Positions 10,600-23,265 of a stretch of 64,000 nucleotides of DNA are shown here, one piece after another (positions within the stretch are counted from its first letter, which is position 1; every line of letters starts with the position of its first letter). The position numbers and the translations under genes were made by a program. The stretch is from Takakia lepidozioides. Lineage: Eukaryota > Plantae > Bryophyta. Under the pieces are notes generated by a model. It did no database searches and was not told where the DNA came from. It worked only from the letters and a program-made list of their open reading frames with translations. The DNA is taken from positions 51,708,001 to 51,772,000 of the forward strand of contig CM060732.1 of the NCBI GenBank assembly GCA_030704615.1, written 5' to 3'.

Positions 10600-13096
10600 T
10601 GTCGCGCACCTCAGTTCAGTAAGCTCCCCTTCAAGTCACGATAACTCGCTTTGATGCGCGTGCCTAACTCCCAACCTGGCCGCCCGGGCCAACTTGGAGC
10701 TTTGGCTGCTCACCGGGACATAACGGTCCCCCTTTGCTCTTCCAAAAGACCCTCCACCGATTTAGGCCTAGTGGAAATTCCCTTTTGTAGCTGGCAGTCC
10801 GGAATAGCTCCCCACTCTATGGTCGCTTTCCGGTTCGCTCGCTTACTCACTAATTTTTGGTCACCAACGAGCTTGCACCGTTCTCGGGGTTACTACTACC
10901 TATATATACTTTTGTGACTGTCCGCGGGGGTTTCACAAACAACCATGCATTTTTATGGCGAACCACCACGAAGACCCTCGACTCCCGGTGATGAGTCGCG
11001 GTGAGTCTTGGCCCACCCACCACGGCCCCATTGCACCGTGATGAGTCCCAAGACTCCCCACAACTCCCACCACGAGGTCTCCGCCCCATGGTGAGTCCTA
11101 TGCCACCCCCACTAAGTCCCGCTAAGCTACCACCACCCCTTGTGGAGCCACCCCCACCGCAACCCGGTATGCGGGGCTCCACCTAGTGAGCGCCTCCGCC
11201 TCCTTGAGCGCCTTGGGCACTCAAGGTGCTTCAGCCCCCCGTACCTATCGTTGCCACTGCCCCCACCACAGGGGTAGCCCCTCCTGTGTCCTGACCCCCC
11301 TGCCCTCAAGGTAAAGGGCCGCGACACACACCCCTACCAACAGGGAGTCGATGTCCTCATTGACTTGTCCATTTTGTAGAAACGAACATCCAAGTTGTGG
11401 CGTCCCACATCAAGGACTTTGTTTTCGTACCATGGCGTCCCAAGGCAAAGAACCAAACCCCACACTTGACTCTATTCTCTACTGGCTAGTTCGGCCGACT
11501 TCCTCCAAGTCCCGGCCAAGGGTGGAGCCCCTCAAGCTCCTCCCAGTGCACTCTTCTTGGCCTACTTCAAGGCCAAGGAACGATCCTCCCCGAGGATCGA
11601 ATCGCCTTACTACAACAACATTGCTTGCGACCACTCGTGGTGCCATTTTTTTTTTGGCATCACCTTGAGCAAGGGTCCACTTGGAACCCTTTTTGACTAG
11701 GAAGATAACTTTGAACCAACCATGTGCCCTAATCACTACAATTGGGTCCGCCTTGGAATGCTGGCTTGAGGTACGGGAACACGCCGAAGCCGCACTACGA
11801 CTTCGTCCCGAGGCTACATGATTATAGTACGTGAACGGAAGCACGTAGCTTCCGCGTTAGCCCGCACTACAAGGCAACCCCCTCGGTAGCGCAGTTATAG
11901 TACGCACACGCGCCAGGTGCGCACTAGCACGTGAACTCCCAAGGAAGGCGCAAGTTTCCTTACCCCTTGGATGGGAGTTACCCGATTTCGGCACTGCGCA
12001 AACACACGATTAACCCAATTTACCTCTCCCACTTTTGTAAGCTAGCATGCATTCTACACACTAGCCAACCATACCATGCATCACCATTCCAAACAAGATA
12101 GGCATCACGACATTTGGAAACCATTTCATTTATAACAAAATTTGTACAATACAAGTTTTTGCAATCGGGATCCTGAGCTAGCTAAACCGGGCTAAGCATG
12201 CATTTCCTCCCCCACGCTCCAAGGTTAATGTCCCCATCAACGCTTCTTCTGCTTTTGAGGTCGCCCTTCGAACGCTGCAACCGCCTCGGATGCGTTTCCC
12301 ATTTCTAAGGCACGCACCCAAGATGCCTCCACATGATGATAGCCCTTCCATTTCACGAGATACTCTGTTTCTCGGTTCTTGAACCTCCTCGACTTAAGCA
12401 CTGCCTCCACCTCGTACTCAGGTTCATTTTCATGATCCAACAGCACAGGTGGTGGACGCAACACTTGATGCCGATTCGGACGCGCTTCATTTTTGAAGTA
12501 AGGCTTCAAAATGGAGACGTGGAATACCGGATGCACCTTGCTATTTGCCGGTAGCTCCAATTCATGCACATCCTCATTCATAACCTTCCGGATGCGAAAG
12601 GGTCCCGCATACGGAGGTACAAACTTCGGACTCACTTCCGGAGGTAGTCAGAAATTCTTGATGTTCAACCAGACCTCCGTGCCTACCTCAAACTTCACTT
12701 CTCTCCGCTTCCGATTCGCCTCCTTTCATACCGTTTCCTAGCTTTGGTAATGTTGTACTTTGCGAGCTTCAACAAACGCTCGCGTTTTTCCAGTACCGCC
12801 GCTGTTGCTGGTTCCTCAACGTCCTGGGCGGCCCAACTTGTCGGCACCAGAGGTGCTTTGCCATAGACCAATACAAAAAGGGAAACTCCCGTTGCGGAGT
12901 GTTTTGTGTTATTATAACATAACTTTGCCGCGTCCAAGTGTCCACCCAGTCTGATTGGTCTGCCGACACGTAATTCCGCAAGATTTGCTTCACTACGGAA
13001 TTCACTCTTTCCATTTGGCCATCTGTCGTAGGTCGGAAGGCGGTGCTCATCTTGAGCCTCGTCCCCATCTTCTTCCAAAGTGCCCTCCAAAATTTA
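10600..13096 (-). mobile_element. Chromovirus (Ty3/Gypsy) 3' part: integrase, chromodomain, PPT, 3' LTR
   Basis: MSTAFRPTTDGQMERVN integrase; PYAGPFRI..VHPVFHVSILKPY GPY/F motif; EYEVEAVL..EYLVKWKGY..SW chromodomain (12237-12635); PPT gggggaggaaa at ~12203-12213. LTR ~10600-12202, left end approximate. Confidence 0.88.
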
Positions 13097-13985
13097 TGTT
13101 AGAGGGCTGCTTGTGACTGTCTGGGACTCAGACACTTTTACGGGTTCTGTGGGGTACCCTTAATTTTTGCACAGACTAAGACCAACAGGAGCCATACATA
13201 GCCATACACAGCCCGTCACAGCCTGACACAGTCGCACCACTAGTCACAGCCCGACACAGCCCGTCACAGCCTGACACAGTCGCACAACCAGTCACAGCCC
13301 GACACAGCCAGTCACAACCCGTCACAGCTTCACACAGCCAGTCACAGTTTGACACAGCTGTCACAGTCATAGGGAACGGGTATCATGACAGGGAACGACT
13401 GTGGGGGAACAACATCTGCGGAGGGAATATGTTAGTTCAAGAATGACGGTTAGTGAGGGAAGCGGTTAGAACAGCTGGTAGGTAGATAAAGCCAGGAGCG
13501 GGGATTGGAAGGGGGATCACTTCTTAGATATCACGGGAGGGGACAGAAGAGGATCTTGGAGTACAAGAATGATGATACCACAGCAGAGAGGAAGAGGAGA
13601 CGATGGCGACTTAGTTAGTACAAGCTGTAGGATTACATAGGAGGGTAGATCAGAGACACCATGGCATAGACACGTTACCTGATTATCCTTCATCTGATTA
13701 TTATTCGATACTATCACACTGTGTAGAGAGACTTGAGTGAAGCTGTGGAATGAATGGAATCAGAGAGTCAAAGGAGCAATCTGATGCTTAAAGTATACAT
13801 AGTAAGGTAGACTGAGAATATGAAAGCAAGAAGGAATATAAATTGGAAACACAACCATGATTCGCTAGCTGCAGGTCATGACTGATTGTTCTGCGCGGGC
13901 TGAGTGCTTAGAGATATCCAACTCTTCTATCTTGGAGTTTCCCCCTCGAATAGCGAAGGGATGGATGAGTAAAAGCCGCGCGACA
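13097..13985 (+). mobile_element. 5' LTR of Gypsy family A, inserted in the chromovirus integrase
   Basis: TGTT...GACA ends, immediately followed by a PBS. Homologous copies at 4446-4992 and 44610-45362. Internal cacagcc repeats at 13200-13370. Confidence 0.85.
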
Positions 13986-13987
13986 TT

Positions 13988-14005
13988 TGGCGACCATACT
14001 GGGGA
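13988..14005 (+). promoter_or_regulatory. Primer-binding site, tRNA-Arg-like
   Basis: TGGCGACCATACTGGGGA lies 2 nt after the LTR CA and starts with TGG. The tRNA identity is inferred. Confidence 0.6.
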
Positions 14006-14592
14006 CCTGGATCATAAACAACCAGATGTAACAGGCATCTGGTAGGGTCATGGTGGTTGGAGAATTAAGGAATTTGATGTGAATCAAATTCCCGGTAGGA
14101 CTGAGAAGGAAAGATTGTCTAAACAATTCTTTCAGAGGTTCTTGGAATTGCCAGACGGTTGTAAAGAAAACATTCTTAAGAGAGTGCATGATGCTGACCC
14201 GGAGTGGGGTCTGGAGAAAGGAGTGATAAAGATTTATCAGGTAGCTTGTAGAGGAAGAGCACAATGGTTACCAACACTGGTTTATGTGATAGCCTTGCTA
14301 TCCATTAAGCGAGTAGAGTTTGAAAGCTGGAGGAAAGGAAAGTGAATGTTTACACTCATATGCATGAGGAGTTGGTACTGGTAAAGAATTGGATTCCAAA
14401 GGATATTCTGTGGATCAAACTTACACCAAGAACATCTTTTCAGACTTGTTTACCATATGGTTATATGGTAACGGAGACTTCTAGTATAGCAAAGGGTGCA
14501 TTGAAGCTTGAGAGAAACCCAGGCATATACGAGAGATACTACAGAAGAGAATTTTGGTTATTGCCACACTAAAGAAATGAAAGACATGGGAC

Positions 14593-16272
14593 ATGAGTGA
14601 TGAAAGAGAAGCTAGACTCCAAAGATATTCAGCAAAAAGAGAAAGTTATCTGAGAGCTAATTATCCATACCTTTGGGAGAGAAGAATAGACATTGGGGAA
14701 TCATCTGGACCTCTCACACCATTAAAATCAGGGAGTACATCACCCATACCGGAAGAACTAGAGTTGGATACCACACCTTCTTTTTCTTTGCAAGAAAGAT
14801 TAAGGGAGTTGGCAGAGGAAGAAGATCAAACACGAGGTGAAAGATCGGAGGTACATCCCTGGATAAAAGATTTGACAGAAATCTTTGATAAGAGTTGGCA
14901 TGGAACACCAAAAGCAGGAACTCCAGTTTCTGAAACTGAAGATGATGTGGCAGAGCCAACGGAGAGTTCAAACTCCCCAACACCATTACAAGATAGTTAC
15001 ATGAGTGAAGAAGAAGAAACCCAAGGGCAGAACTTGGAAGATGAAAACATGGAGAAGAAATTGGAAGATGACGAGTATGAAGAAGTAGACCCAGCAACTG
15101 AGGTTGAGACTACAACCAGGACATCCCAACCCGTTGGACCTGGATCAAGTGGAGCACTTGGATCACAGACCAACAAAGGTGTCAGCTCAGAGGGATCAGG
15201 CGGAAGACCTGGATCTGGCTCTAGGGGGACAGGGAGTGTGGAAAGTAGTGCAACTGAGGCTGGGAATACTGTGAATATAGTGAGGCCAGGAGCAGGGAGT
15301 GCTCAAGGGCCAGCACTTGGTGGAAGAACCACCACAACTACTACAAGTCCTCAAGGACCAGCATCAGCCAAAGGGCCAGCACCTGTCAGGGGGCAGGGTG
15401 TAGGGCCGCAGATGGCGTTACAACCAACACGGGCAAAACCACCTTTCCCAATATATTCGGGAAAAGGGGATCATGATGTACACATTAGCCAATTTGAGCA
15501 CATGTGCATAGTGAACAATGAGAATGGCGATGATGCCAAGATGAGATTGTTTCCTTGTTCACTCATAAAGAAAGCCAGTGAATGGTATGCAAGATTCCCT
15601 GATAATCATTTCCTAACCTGGAATGGCTTGGGTACAACGTTCCGAAATAGGTTCGGGATCAGTAAAACTGAGGATGAAGTGTATGGAAGTTTACAATAGT
15701 TGAAGCAAAAGAAGCATGAAACTGTTGAAGAGTATATGGAGAAGATGGAACTGATGATGAAAAAGCTGGCTGCTGTACCAGCACCAGGGTTACAGAAGGC
15801 CTGGTTTGTGAATGGACTAAGGCTGGAGTTGCAAAAGAAAGTGGATATGTTACCCCACAATACGGTGGAGGAGGCATTTGAAATAGCAAACAGAATTGAG
15901 CAGTTGGGAATGCTCAGGAGAGAGAAAAGAGATGAAGAGGACTCTGAGGATGAGTCAGATGAGGAAGAAGAGCTGGAGCAAAAGAGGAAGAGTAAAAGGA
16001 AGGAAAAGCTGAAGAGGGATAATTATGAGAAAAGATTGGAAGAAATCTTAAAAAAATATGCCACAGAGGCTGCAACACATTGGATGAAGGGTGTTTGGTG
16101 TGAAAAATGTCAGAATGAAGGCCACACCACCACTGAATGCCACATGAAGGAGAAACACTGTACTATCTGTAAAATGGATAACCATTCTACTGAGAATTGT
16201 TACTACAACAGAAGGACAGCAGCAAGAGAACCTAGGCAAGTAAGGGTGCATCAAGTGCAACCCCAGCCCTGA
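14593..16272 (+). pseudogene. Gypsy gag (one internal stop)
   Basis: KMRLFPCSLIKKASEWY..TWNGLGTTFRNRF retrotransposon gag; KQKKHETVEEY; knuckles CEKCQNEGHTTTEC and CTICKMDNHSTENC. Confidence 0.88.
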
Positions 16273-19189
16273 TCATATGAACTTCCACATCAATTTTGTT
16301 AATACACTCAGTGGCCAACCGAGCTTCAAACTCTTTCCTGAGTTCCTCTTTCAAAGCTTCCAATTGAGTTAATGGAACATGGGACTTCACATAAGTTCCC
16401 AACAAATTGAGGGTTTTGCTTATGGAATTCATAAGCATAACCTGTTGTGGGTCATCATGATGGGCTTACTGTTCTCCCTGATCATCCACAGTATGATGCC
16501 TGACAACCCACTCTGGCCATTGCTCTACCAGATGCTCCTCCTGAACCCCCTCATCCTCCACAGGTGCTACTGTGTTGGGGAATGCTTGCGCGTGAGCCTG
16601 TGAGCCTGTGAGCCTGGCTAGGCTCACGCCACGTCAGCAAGCATCCACGTGTTCAGGCCCTATTTCCGTGCTTCCCCCCCCCCCCCCCCCCCCTATTACC
16701 GCGGATCAGCTGTCGCCTATGTCCCAATTTTTTATCCCTCTTCATTGCCCCCACATGAATATTCTTTGTGGCCGAGAACAATGGCAGGTTTGCGGATGAA
16801 TTATGATTGAGGTCATGACTTTGGAATGAGGAGATCGCCCACTAGAGAACTGAATATTAAAAGCAAACATTTTTTTTTGGCAAAGCAGTACATTCATTCC
16901 AACACACAAACATTTTTCAATTCCGCAATCCGAAGACCTACCCTAGGCAATCCCTAACTGTACTTAAAGAACTTGAAAAACAGTTTGGGGATGGAAGCAA
17001 AACCAAAACACAATTTATTGAGCCTCGGTACTTGAACCTAAAGAAATATTGGAGGTTTCAGAGGAACCACTTCCAGAGTTTACAGCAATATCATCTATGA
17101 ATACAGCAGCACATCCATGACGTTTTTTTTTTCCACGACCTTCATGGAGATGCGAATACAGTGTTTGTTCGGATAACACCCGTGCGCAAGCTTCCACGTA
17201 AACCGGCAAGCGGTTGGATCTAGGGGGGCTCGGGGACATGTAGTATCCTTGGAAAGGTGTAAGCCACTATTTGTCGAACGGGAACGACACAAGGAAATGC
17301 AACATATTTTGCACGACTACAGAAGAACTTACTCACACTCAAAATCGGAGTCCACGTCCAGATCCTCGTCAGGCGCTTCGGGCTCCTCCAGAAGTCCCTC
17401 TGTGGATGGGGCAGAAGTAGTGCCCGACTCAAGCTGATGAAGCTCGCTTGAGAAGAGCTCCGTATCAGCTTCCATGCCGAAGAAGTGCCTTCTGGCGCTC
17501 TTGCAAGCATGAAAACATGCTCCTGCAAATCCAAGAAGAACGAGAAATAAAAACAGGGTTTCCCTAAGGTCACTGCCCATATGTCAAACACAATGTGAAG
17601 GGCCCCACCTGTGCCCATAGACAAGTCAACCACTCGTCCACCATGACGGTTGCATGTCTCCACCAAAGTCTGCATGAAAGCTGGAGATTTCTCCCGTGCA
17701 CCTCTCCAAGGGACACCAATCGACCTTTTCATAGTTCGACCCGAGTCGACGTAATTGAAGATAACATCATCCTCCACAGGCTTGCAGGTGGGGTCAATGT
17801 GAGCTGCAAGGTCCCTCAACTGAAACTCAGCAACACCAGGAGGAAGAGTGTCCTTCCGCATCACCAGGCACAAAGCTTCGAAGACCCGTGTCTGTCAATA
17901 ATCACGAAGAGAGCATGAGACAGAAGACATAACCCACCATTTTGATTTACCGAAAAACCACGAAACATCAATTGAAAGGAACCAACTCACTTTCTGCCCC
18001 GAGAACTCGCCCTTCGTAAGAGGCAGAGTATTGATGCATGTCCAAGTTTTGATGACACGAAACCCGGAAGCTTTCATGTAGCTGAAAAGAGTTCTTCAAG
18101 CCGACATGTCCTTTGACTGCATGAGAAGAAGAGCCCCCGAGTCCGAAAGGAATTTGTTGCTGAACGAGAAAGCCCACTGCCAGTAACGAGAATCCGATTT
18201 GTTCCAAGTCGGGGTCGAATTGGAAGGGAACACATCAGGGACGGGAAAACCGTCAGGAATGTCCAGCACCACAAGGTCAGTCGCGTATGCCTGCTGAACT
18301 CCATTCACCCATTCCGGACTTTTTGTGACCCACAGCAAAAAAAGAGGAGACAGTGTAAGAAGCCCAATCCAAATCTAACAGGAGATCAATCCCCTGGACA
18401 AGCCACAACAAGTTGCCAAAACACAATTATTCATACAACAGTTTAGACATAAGTGCTTACCTGAGTGAGGAACGAAACAAGCATGTCCCATGACTTCGAG
18501 GGCACCCCTTTGAATGTGGACTTCCGGGACTCCATCATTGCAAGAAAACTTTCATTCAGCACCTTACGATTGACTGGCCCAAAACCCTGGAGGGATGTTC
18601 TCTCGCCTCGAAAACTTGCTCCCTCGGCTTTGATGTTCTCTTATCCCTCCTTGTGGGAGAAGGTTGTCTTTCAGGAACCTCTGACGGTCCCTGTCCTTGC
18701 GGAGCTGCACTTTTCCCCTTCCCCTTCGGATCCCCGACAATCTTCCCCTTTTGTTTTGGAGTAGCAGTTTTCTCGGGCTCTTTTGCAGCCAGAGCAGAAA
18801 TGATTCTGTCTTGGATGTCTTTGTCAGCCAATGGGGCAATTGCTGCGGCATTGTCGTTCAGGTTTCTCAAAACAACTTCATCAAATGGTGTGTCCTGTTT
18901 TGGCAGGTCGAGATACCACCCACAGTCTCTGAAGTGCGCCCTGCTCCAGTCTCTGGCAATACCAGCCATGTACATTGTCTTGTCATTGGAGGGGTCAGCC
19001 CATGAATAGATGAAGTCTGGGTCATCGCTAAGGTACTTTTCCGGTATGAGGATATGATACATATACCTGAATCACACACCAAAAACCCAGACAGACATTC
19101 GATCTGAAAATGAAAAAGAACACACATCCGGAAAAAGATATTGAAATGCAGGAAGGCAACACTCAGAAATGAACTTTTGCAATCCCGAA

Positions 19190-19813
19190 TCAACCTTGCA
19201 TTGACGCAATGTTGATTCGAGCAGAAATGAGAAACACCAAATGATAATGTTGTATTGATAGAGACAACGACTGACAAGCGCAATTCAACATTGCTTCAAA
19301 GCAAGGTTGTTTTCATTCACAGAGGAAATGGAAAACACTGCTTGAAAACTACCATGTGACTATGTACCGGTGCGGATATTCAACATTGCGTTGGCGCAAT
19401 GTTGAAATCCTTTGTTGAAACACATGTCAGTGGTATCTGATAATCATAAGTTTCCTACAATTGTATGGAAATCGGGAGATTGCTGCGGGACATTTCCATC
19501 AATCCATACCGCCAACTAACGTTGCGTCAACGCAAGTCTGTTTGTTGGTACAGTGAAAGCTGTAAATAGCATTTCAAACAGACTCCAAACAGTCTTATGT
19601 TCATCTTGGCAGCATTGGAACTGGATTTGAACTACCCAAAACCACAGGAAAAGCTACATAGCCTGCCACTTCATCAACCTTGCGTTGACGCAAGGATGAT
19701 TTTCCTGTCAGTTTATCCCTTTTCACATGCAGAAAAACGGCATTATGGGATACGCTGGTATAGGTAACTGAAACCAGGACAATGGGATACAACCTTGCGT
19801 TAACGCAATGTTG
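19190..19813. repeat. Six copies of palindrome TCAACCTTGCGTTGACGCAAGGTTGA in an MTase intron
   Basis: Copies at ~19190, 19285, 19380, 19518, 19674 and 19790. Confidence 0.9.
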
Positions 19814-21697
19814 CTTGACAGCACATGCAGAGCCCTCAGAGATCCCTCAAAGCCCTGCAAATTCGCAATTCTTTATGGAAAGAACGACACAAGAATGCAG
19901 AAACATACCCTTCAAGTACCAAATTTAATTCAAGGAGGTCACACCTGTACAACACTCGTTTCATTGCTTGCTCGCTGTTGTACTGGTTTTTGAATTCGTA
20001 GGACCTGGAGATTCCTTTGTCTTTCTCAAACTTCCTGAAGAAGCAGTTTTTCCAGACAGCGAGCTTCCATCTCCTGATGTAGGCCTCCAGTGTGATCCTG
20101 GGGCAAGCCATCTGGATTTTATAGTCTGCCATCGACTCAGCAAGTGCAGCCACTGCACGTTTTTCCAGCTGCAACAAGAAAGCTCATGAGAATTTGGGAG
20201 AGGTTACGGAGCAACACAAATGTCTGAAAATGGTTTGGTGGAAACCTTACCTGGCTCCAGAATGTGGCTTTGTGTAGCCACTGGTCGAATGTGTGGTCGC
20301 TAACAACTTTTATTGCTTGTGTCTTCGGGTCCCTCTCTGGAGTTGGGAACATGTTCGTGTCTCTCACAAGAGGATCCGAATTCCATATCTCCAACCACCT
20401 GATTTTGGTTGCATTGTCCACCATTGAAATGGAAAGGCGATGTAGTTTCTCTTGAGTCATTTCTGGCTTGGAGCCATACTTGTCATAGTGTGCTTTCACC
20501 TGCTCCAGAAATTCCGTGCCAAGACTTGGATCTGCTATCCGGATTTGTTTGTCGAATGCACTCATGAGGTTCTTCCTTTGATTATTCATCTCGAACTTCA
20601 TCATGTCCTCAAGCCCAGTTGCAGACCGCTGCTCTTCTGTGTGGGAATCATAGTACTCTGCTTTCGCCTTCAAACCAGTTTATGCTATTTCTTGCTGCAT
20701 ACATTACAGGTAAAAAGAATCAAACACTGGCGTTTCTTCACAAAATTTGCAGTAACAACAGGCAAACACGTGTCAAGAAGCTTACAGTGTACATGTAGTC
20801 AAGAAAAGCCTCCCTTGTCAAGCTGTACCATGTGCTTGTCTTCTTCTCAGCACACCTCTTCATCTGCTGAGGACTGAGCACGTTCGTGAATGACTCCAGT
20901 GGCATCAGCCCTACCTTCTAGATGCGGAATAGAGTGTGGCACAGATTGGTCGTCACATGAGATGTTTCATTGGACCTGGAAAAACCTTCAACTCATAAGA
21001 TGATTTCAAATTGTCGAAACGCGGAACAAACACAAAGTTGGAAACTTACTTGTTTATGTCGTGCATGGCTGTCAAGAGCTGCGTGACACGTCCTTTGTGA
21101 TCGAGAACCATGGAAACCACGCTCCAGTGCCATTCGATCTCGTCCGAGTGCAAGCTTGAAATGTAATCCATCCAGGCAAGCAGTCTGTGGTTCCCATCCC
21201 AGACAAAAAAACATCTTTCCCATGAATGCTTTTGTGGAGGCCTTTTTGGACAGCTTAAACTCGAACTCCCTGTTTACATCCCGCCAGCATGCATCCCAAC
21301 TTTGCTCAATGTCCTCTGTTACAAGACACTCCTCTCCTTTCGTGTTCATAGTGGATACGTAGAACACTGCTGATCCCTTGACATAGCCGTGAACAAAGTC
21401 GTTCTTCAACTTCGTTATATCATTCCTCAATGCCGGTCGAACAGCGGGCATGGAGATCATCGTGCACAGCGGAATGACCAGGTTTCCGCCGGGAACCTCC
21501 ATCGACAGAATCACCTTCGACGAGTTCACTTTTTGCCCACCCATTATCTCCTCGGCCTTGTCTTCATAGTGTCCCTCCAATGAGTCTTCCTCACCTTCAC
21601 CTTCTGACGCGGCCAAATCTTCCCCCCTCGGATTTCCTTTTTCTTTTCCTCTGCACACAATGAATACTCTGTGAGTGACAGATTGAGCTCCGATGGA

Positions 21698-22226
21698 TCA
21701 ACCTTGCTTTGACGCAAGGTTGATTGATGGGGATGTAGTTTAGACTGAAAAGCATACAGGAGGAAAGACTTTTGAACCCAAAAAATGCTTTGCGTTGACG
21801 CAGGGTTCTTTTGGGAGCTTCAAATAATCAACTTTCCCTACCTTACAGTCCAGGGTATGAGAGTTCGGACGCTTCGATTGAACAAAAAAGGCATCAAAAC
21901 CAGCCTTGCGTCAACGCAAGGTTGATTCTTGTGCGGCATCTGTTCGTTTCACCAGAAGTTCTAAACATACACTATAGAGGTCGGCATCAACCTTGCGTTG
22001 ACGCAAGGTTGATTGCGAGCTCTCGGATCGGGGTTCAACAAACAAAATATCTACAAGAAAAGGAGATTGTTGTCTCTGCTTCTTCTTTGCAATTGATGAT
22101 GCGTCGCAAGCATCCATGTCTGTCTAGCTTGATTGTAGTGCAGCATTTGCACTGTTTTGATGCCCAACATATACACTTAGGAGGTCGACTTCAACCTTGC
22201 GTTGACGCAAGGTTGATGTCGACCTC
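21698..22226. repeat. Five copies of the same palindrome in MTase intron 1
   Basis: Copies at ~21698, 21788, 21901, 21987 and 22191. The last extends to a 46-bp near-perfect hairpin (22181-22226). Confidence 0.9.
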
Positions 22227-23265
22227 AATGCTTAGCATGAACCAGACAGAAACAGAGAGAGAAAAAAAAGAGTTCATAGCCACCTCCGGTTTCTTCTTTG
22301 CACTTGATGATGCTCCTGATGCATTCAATTTTTCCATGGGGTCTGGAGGTAGCATGCTTCCAAGGAGGTCCCGGTGATGCGAAACAAGGGCAGACGGCAG
22401 CGTTTCCGCATCCGTTTGTTCTCCCTGCTCTTTGAAGACCTGGTTCTCCACTCGCAGTGCTTTCTCCCGAGCCCAGCCTCGTCCTCCCCCCTTCTATTGG
22501 AGGTTGCTCATCGGTCGCCTCCGGATCACTTCAAGACCTTCCTCTCCACACTGTGGCAGAATCCTGCCCTTCGTCTTCCTCTACGCCGGAGGTTTCTTCT
22601 CCCATTCTAAGTTCCCGTCTCGCCCTCATCCTCTCCTTAGCGCGTGCCCTTTGCTTGTTTGATGTGAAATAAAGTTCTTCGACGCTTGCTTCTCCCTCGG
22701 AAGGGTCACCGTCTCTGCAGAATCCAGGGTTGCAAAGACAATAAGGAGAAGAGGGAAAAAAGAGGACTATCGGAGGTTCATCGCAAGGCCTTCAACGCCA
22801 AGATGTTCGCTCGCAACGTTCAGTGCGCCACTGACTCGTTCCACATGCATGGCGAACACGTGTCCATATAACGATGAATATCGGCGGAGCATTATAGCAT
22901 CCATCCAAAATCGTTGGGGCACCTCTCATCTGAAAAAGTTCATTATTGGAAATATCTTCTGGGATGTTCCAGAGGAATGTGAAGTATGTACAGTTGTACA
23001 GCGGTGCAGGTGCCGTTAAAATTAAAAATGGGCATCTCTTCTGGCTCTCTGACATGACCAAATGGCGGCTCTGTCAGTCAATCTGTCAACTAATGCACTG
23101 GTGGGGCACTTGTGAAAAAACAGTTGGATTCTAGGATTAGGAGATCTGCAAGCCGGAGCGATACTGCAATTGTGTGTGAGGACGCCAAAAACTCCGCTCC
23201 CACACAACCTGCATTCAGAAGCACCATCGGACTGTGAACTCTACTTTCTGAAGCAACATCGACAT

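Larger units (their letters stand above)
17330..22451 (-). pseudogene. Spliced ParB/Srx-like + beta-class N4C/N6A DNA methyltransferase gene
   Basis: About 9 GT-AG exons: ~22451-22284, 21651-21049, 20977-20786, 20695-20250, 20169-19906, 19067-18461, 18296-17989, 17893-17609, 17523-17330. VWDGNHRLLAW (21184-21198, after removing one T from a T7 run); DLVVLDIPDG..W..FLSDSGALL (motif IV onward); EKSPAFMQTLVETCNRHGGRVVDLSMGTG|ACFHACKSARRHFFGMEAD (motifs X-I-II). Stops and a frameshift present. Confidence 0.82.

Noticed and set aside
17330-22451. Bacterial or phage contamination as the source of the ParB-MTase
   Set aside because: The gene has GT-AG introns conserved in a second copy and sits inside a TSD-bounded element nested in a plant Gypsy.
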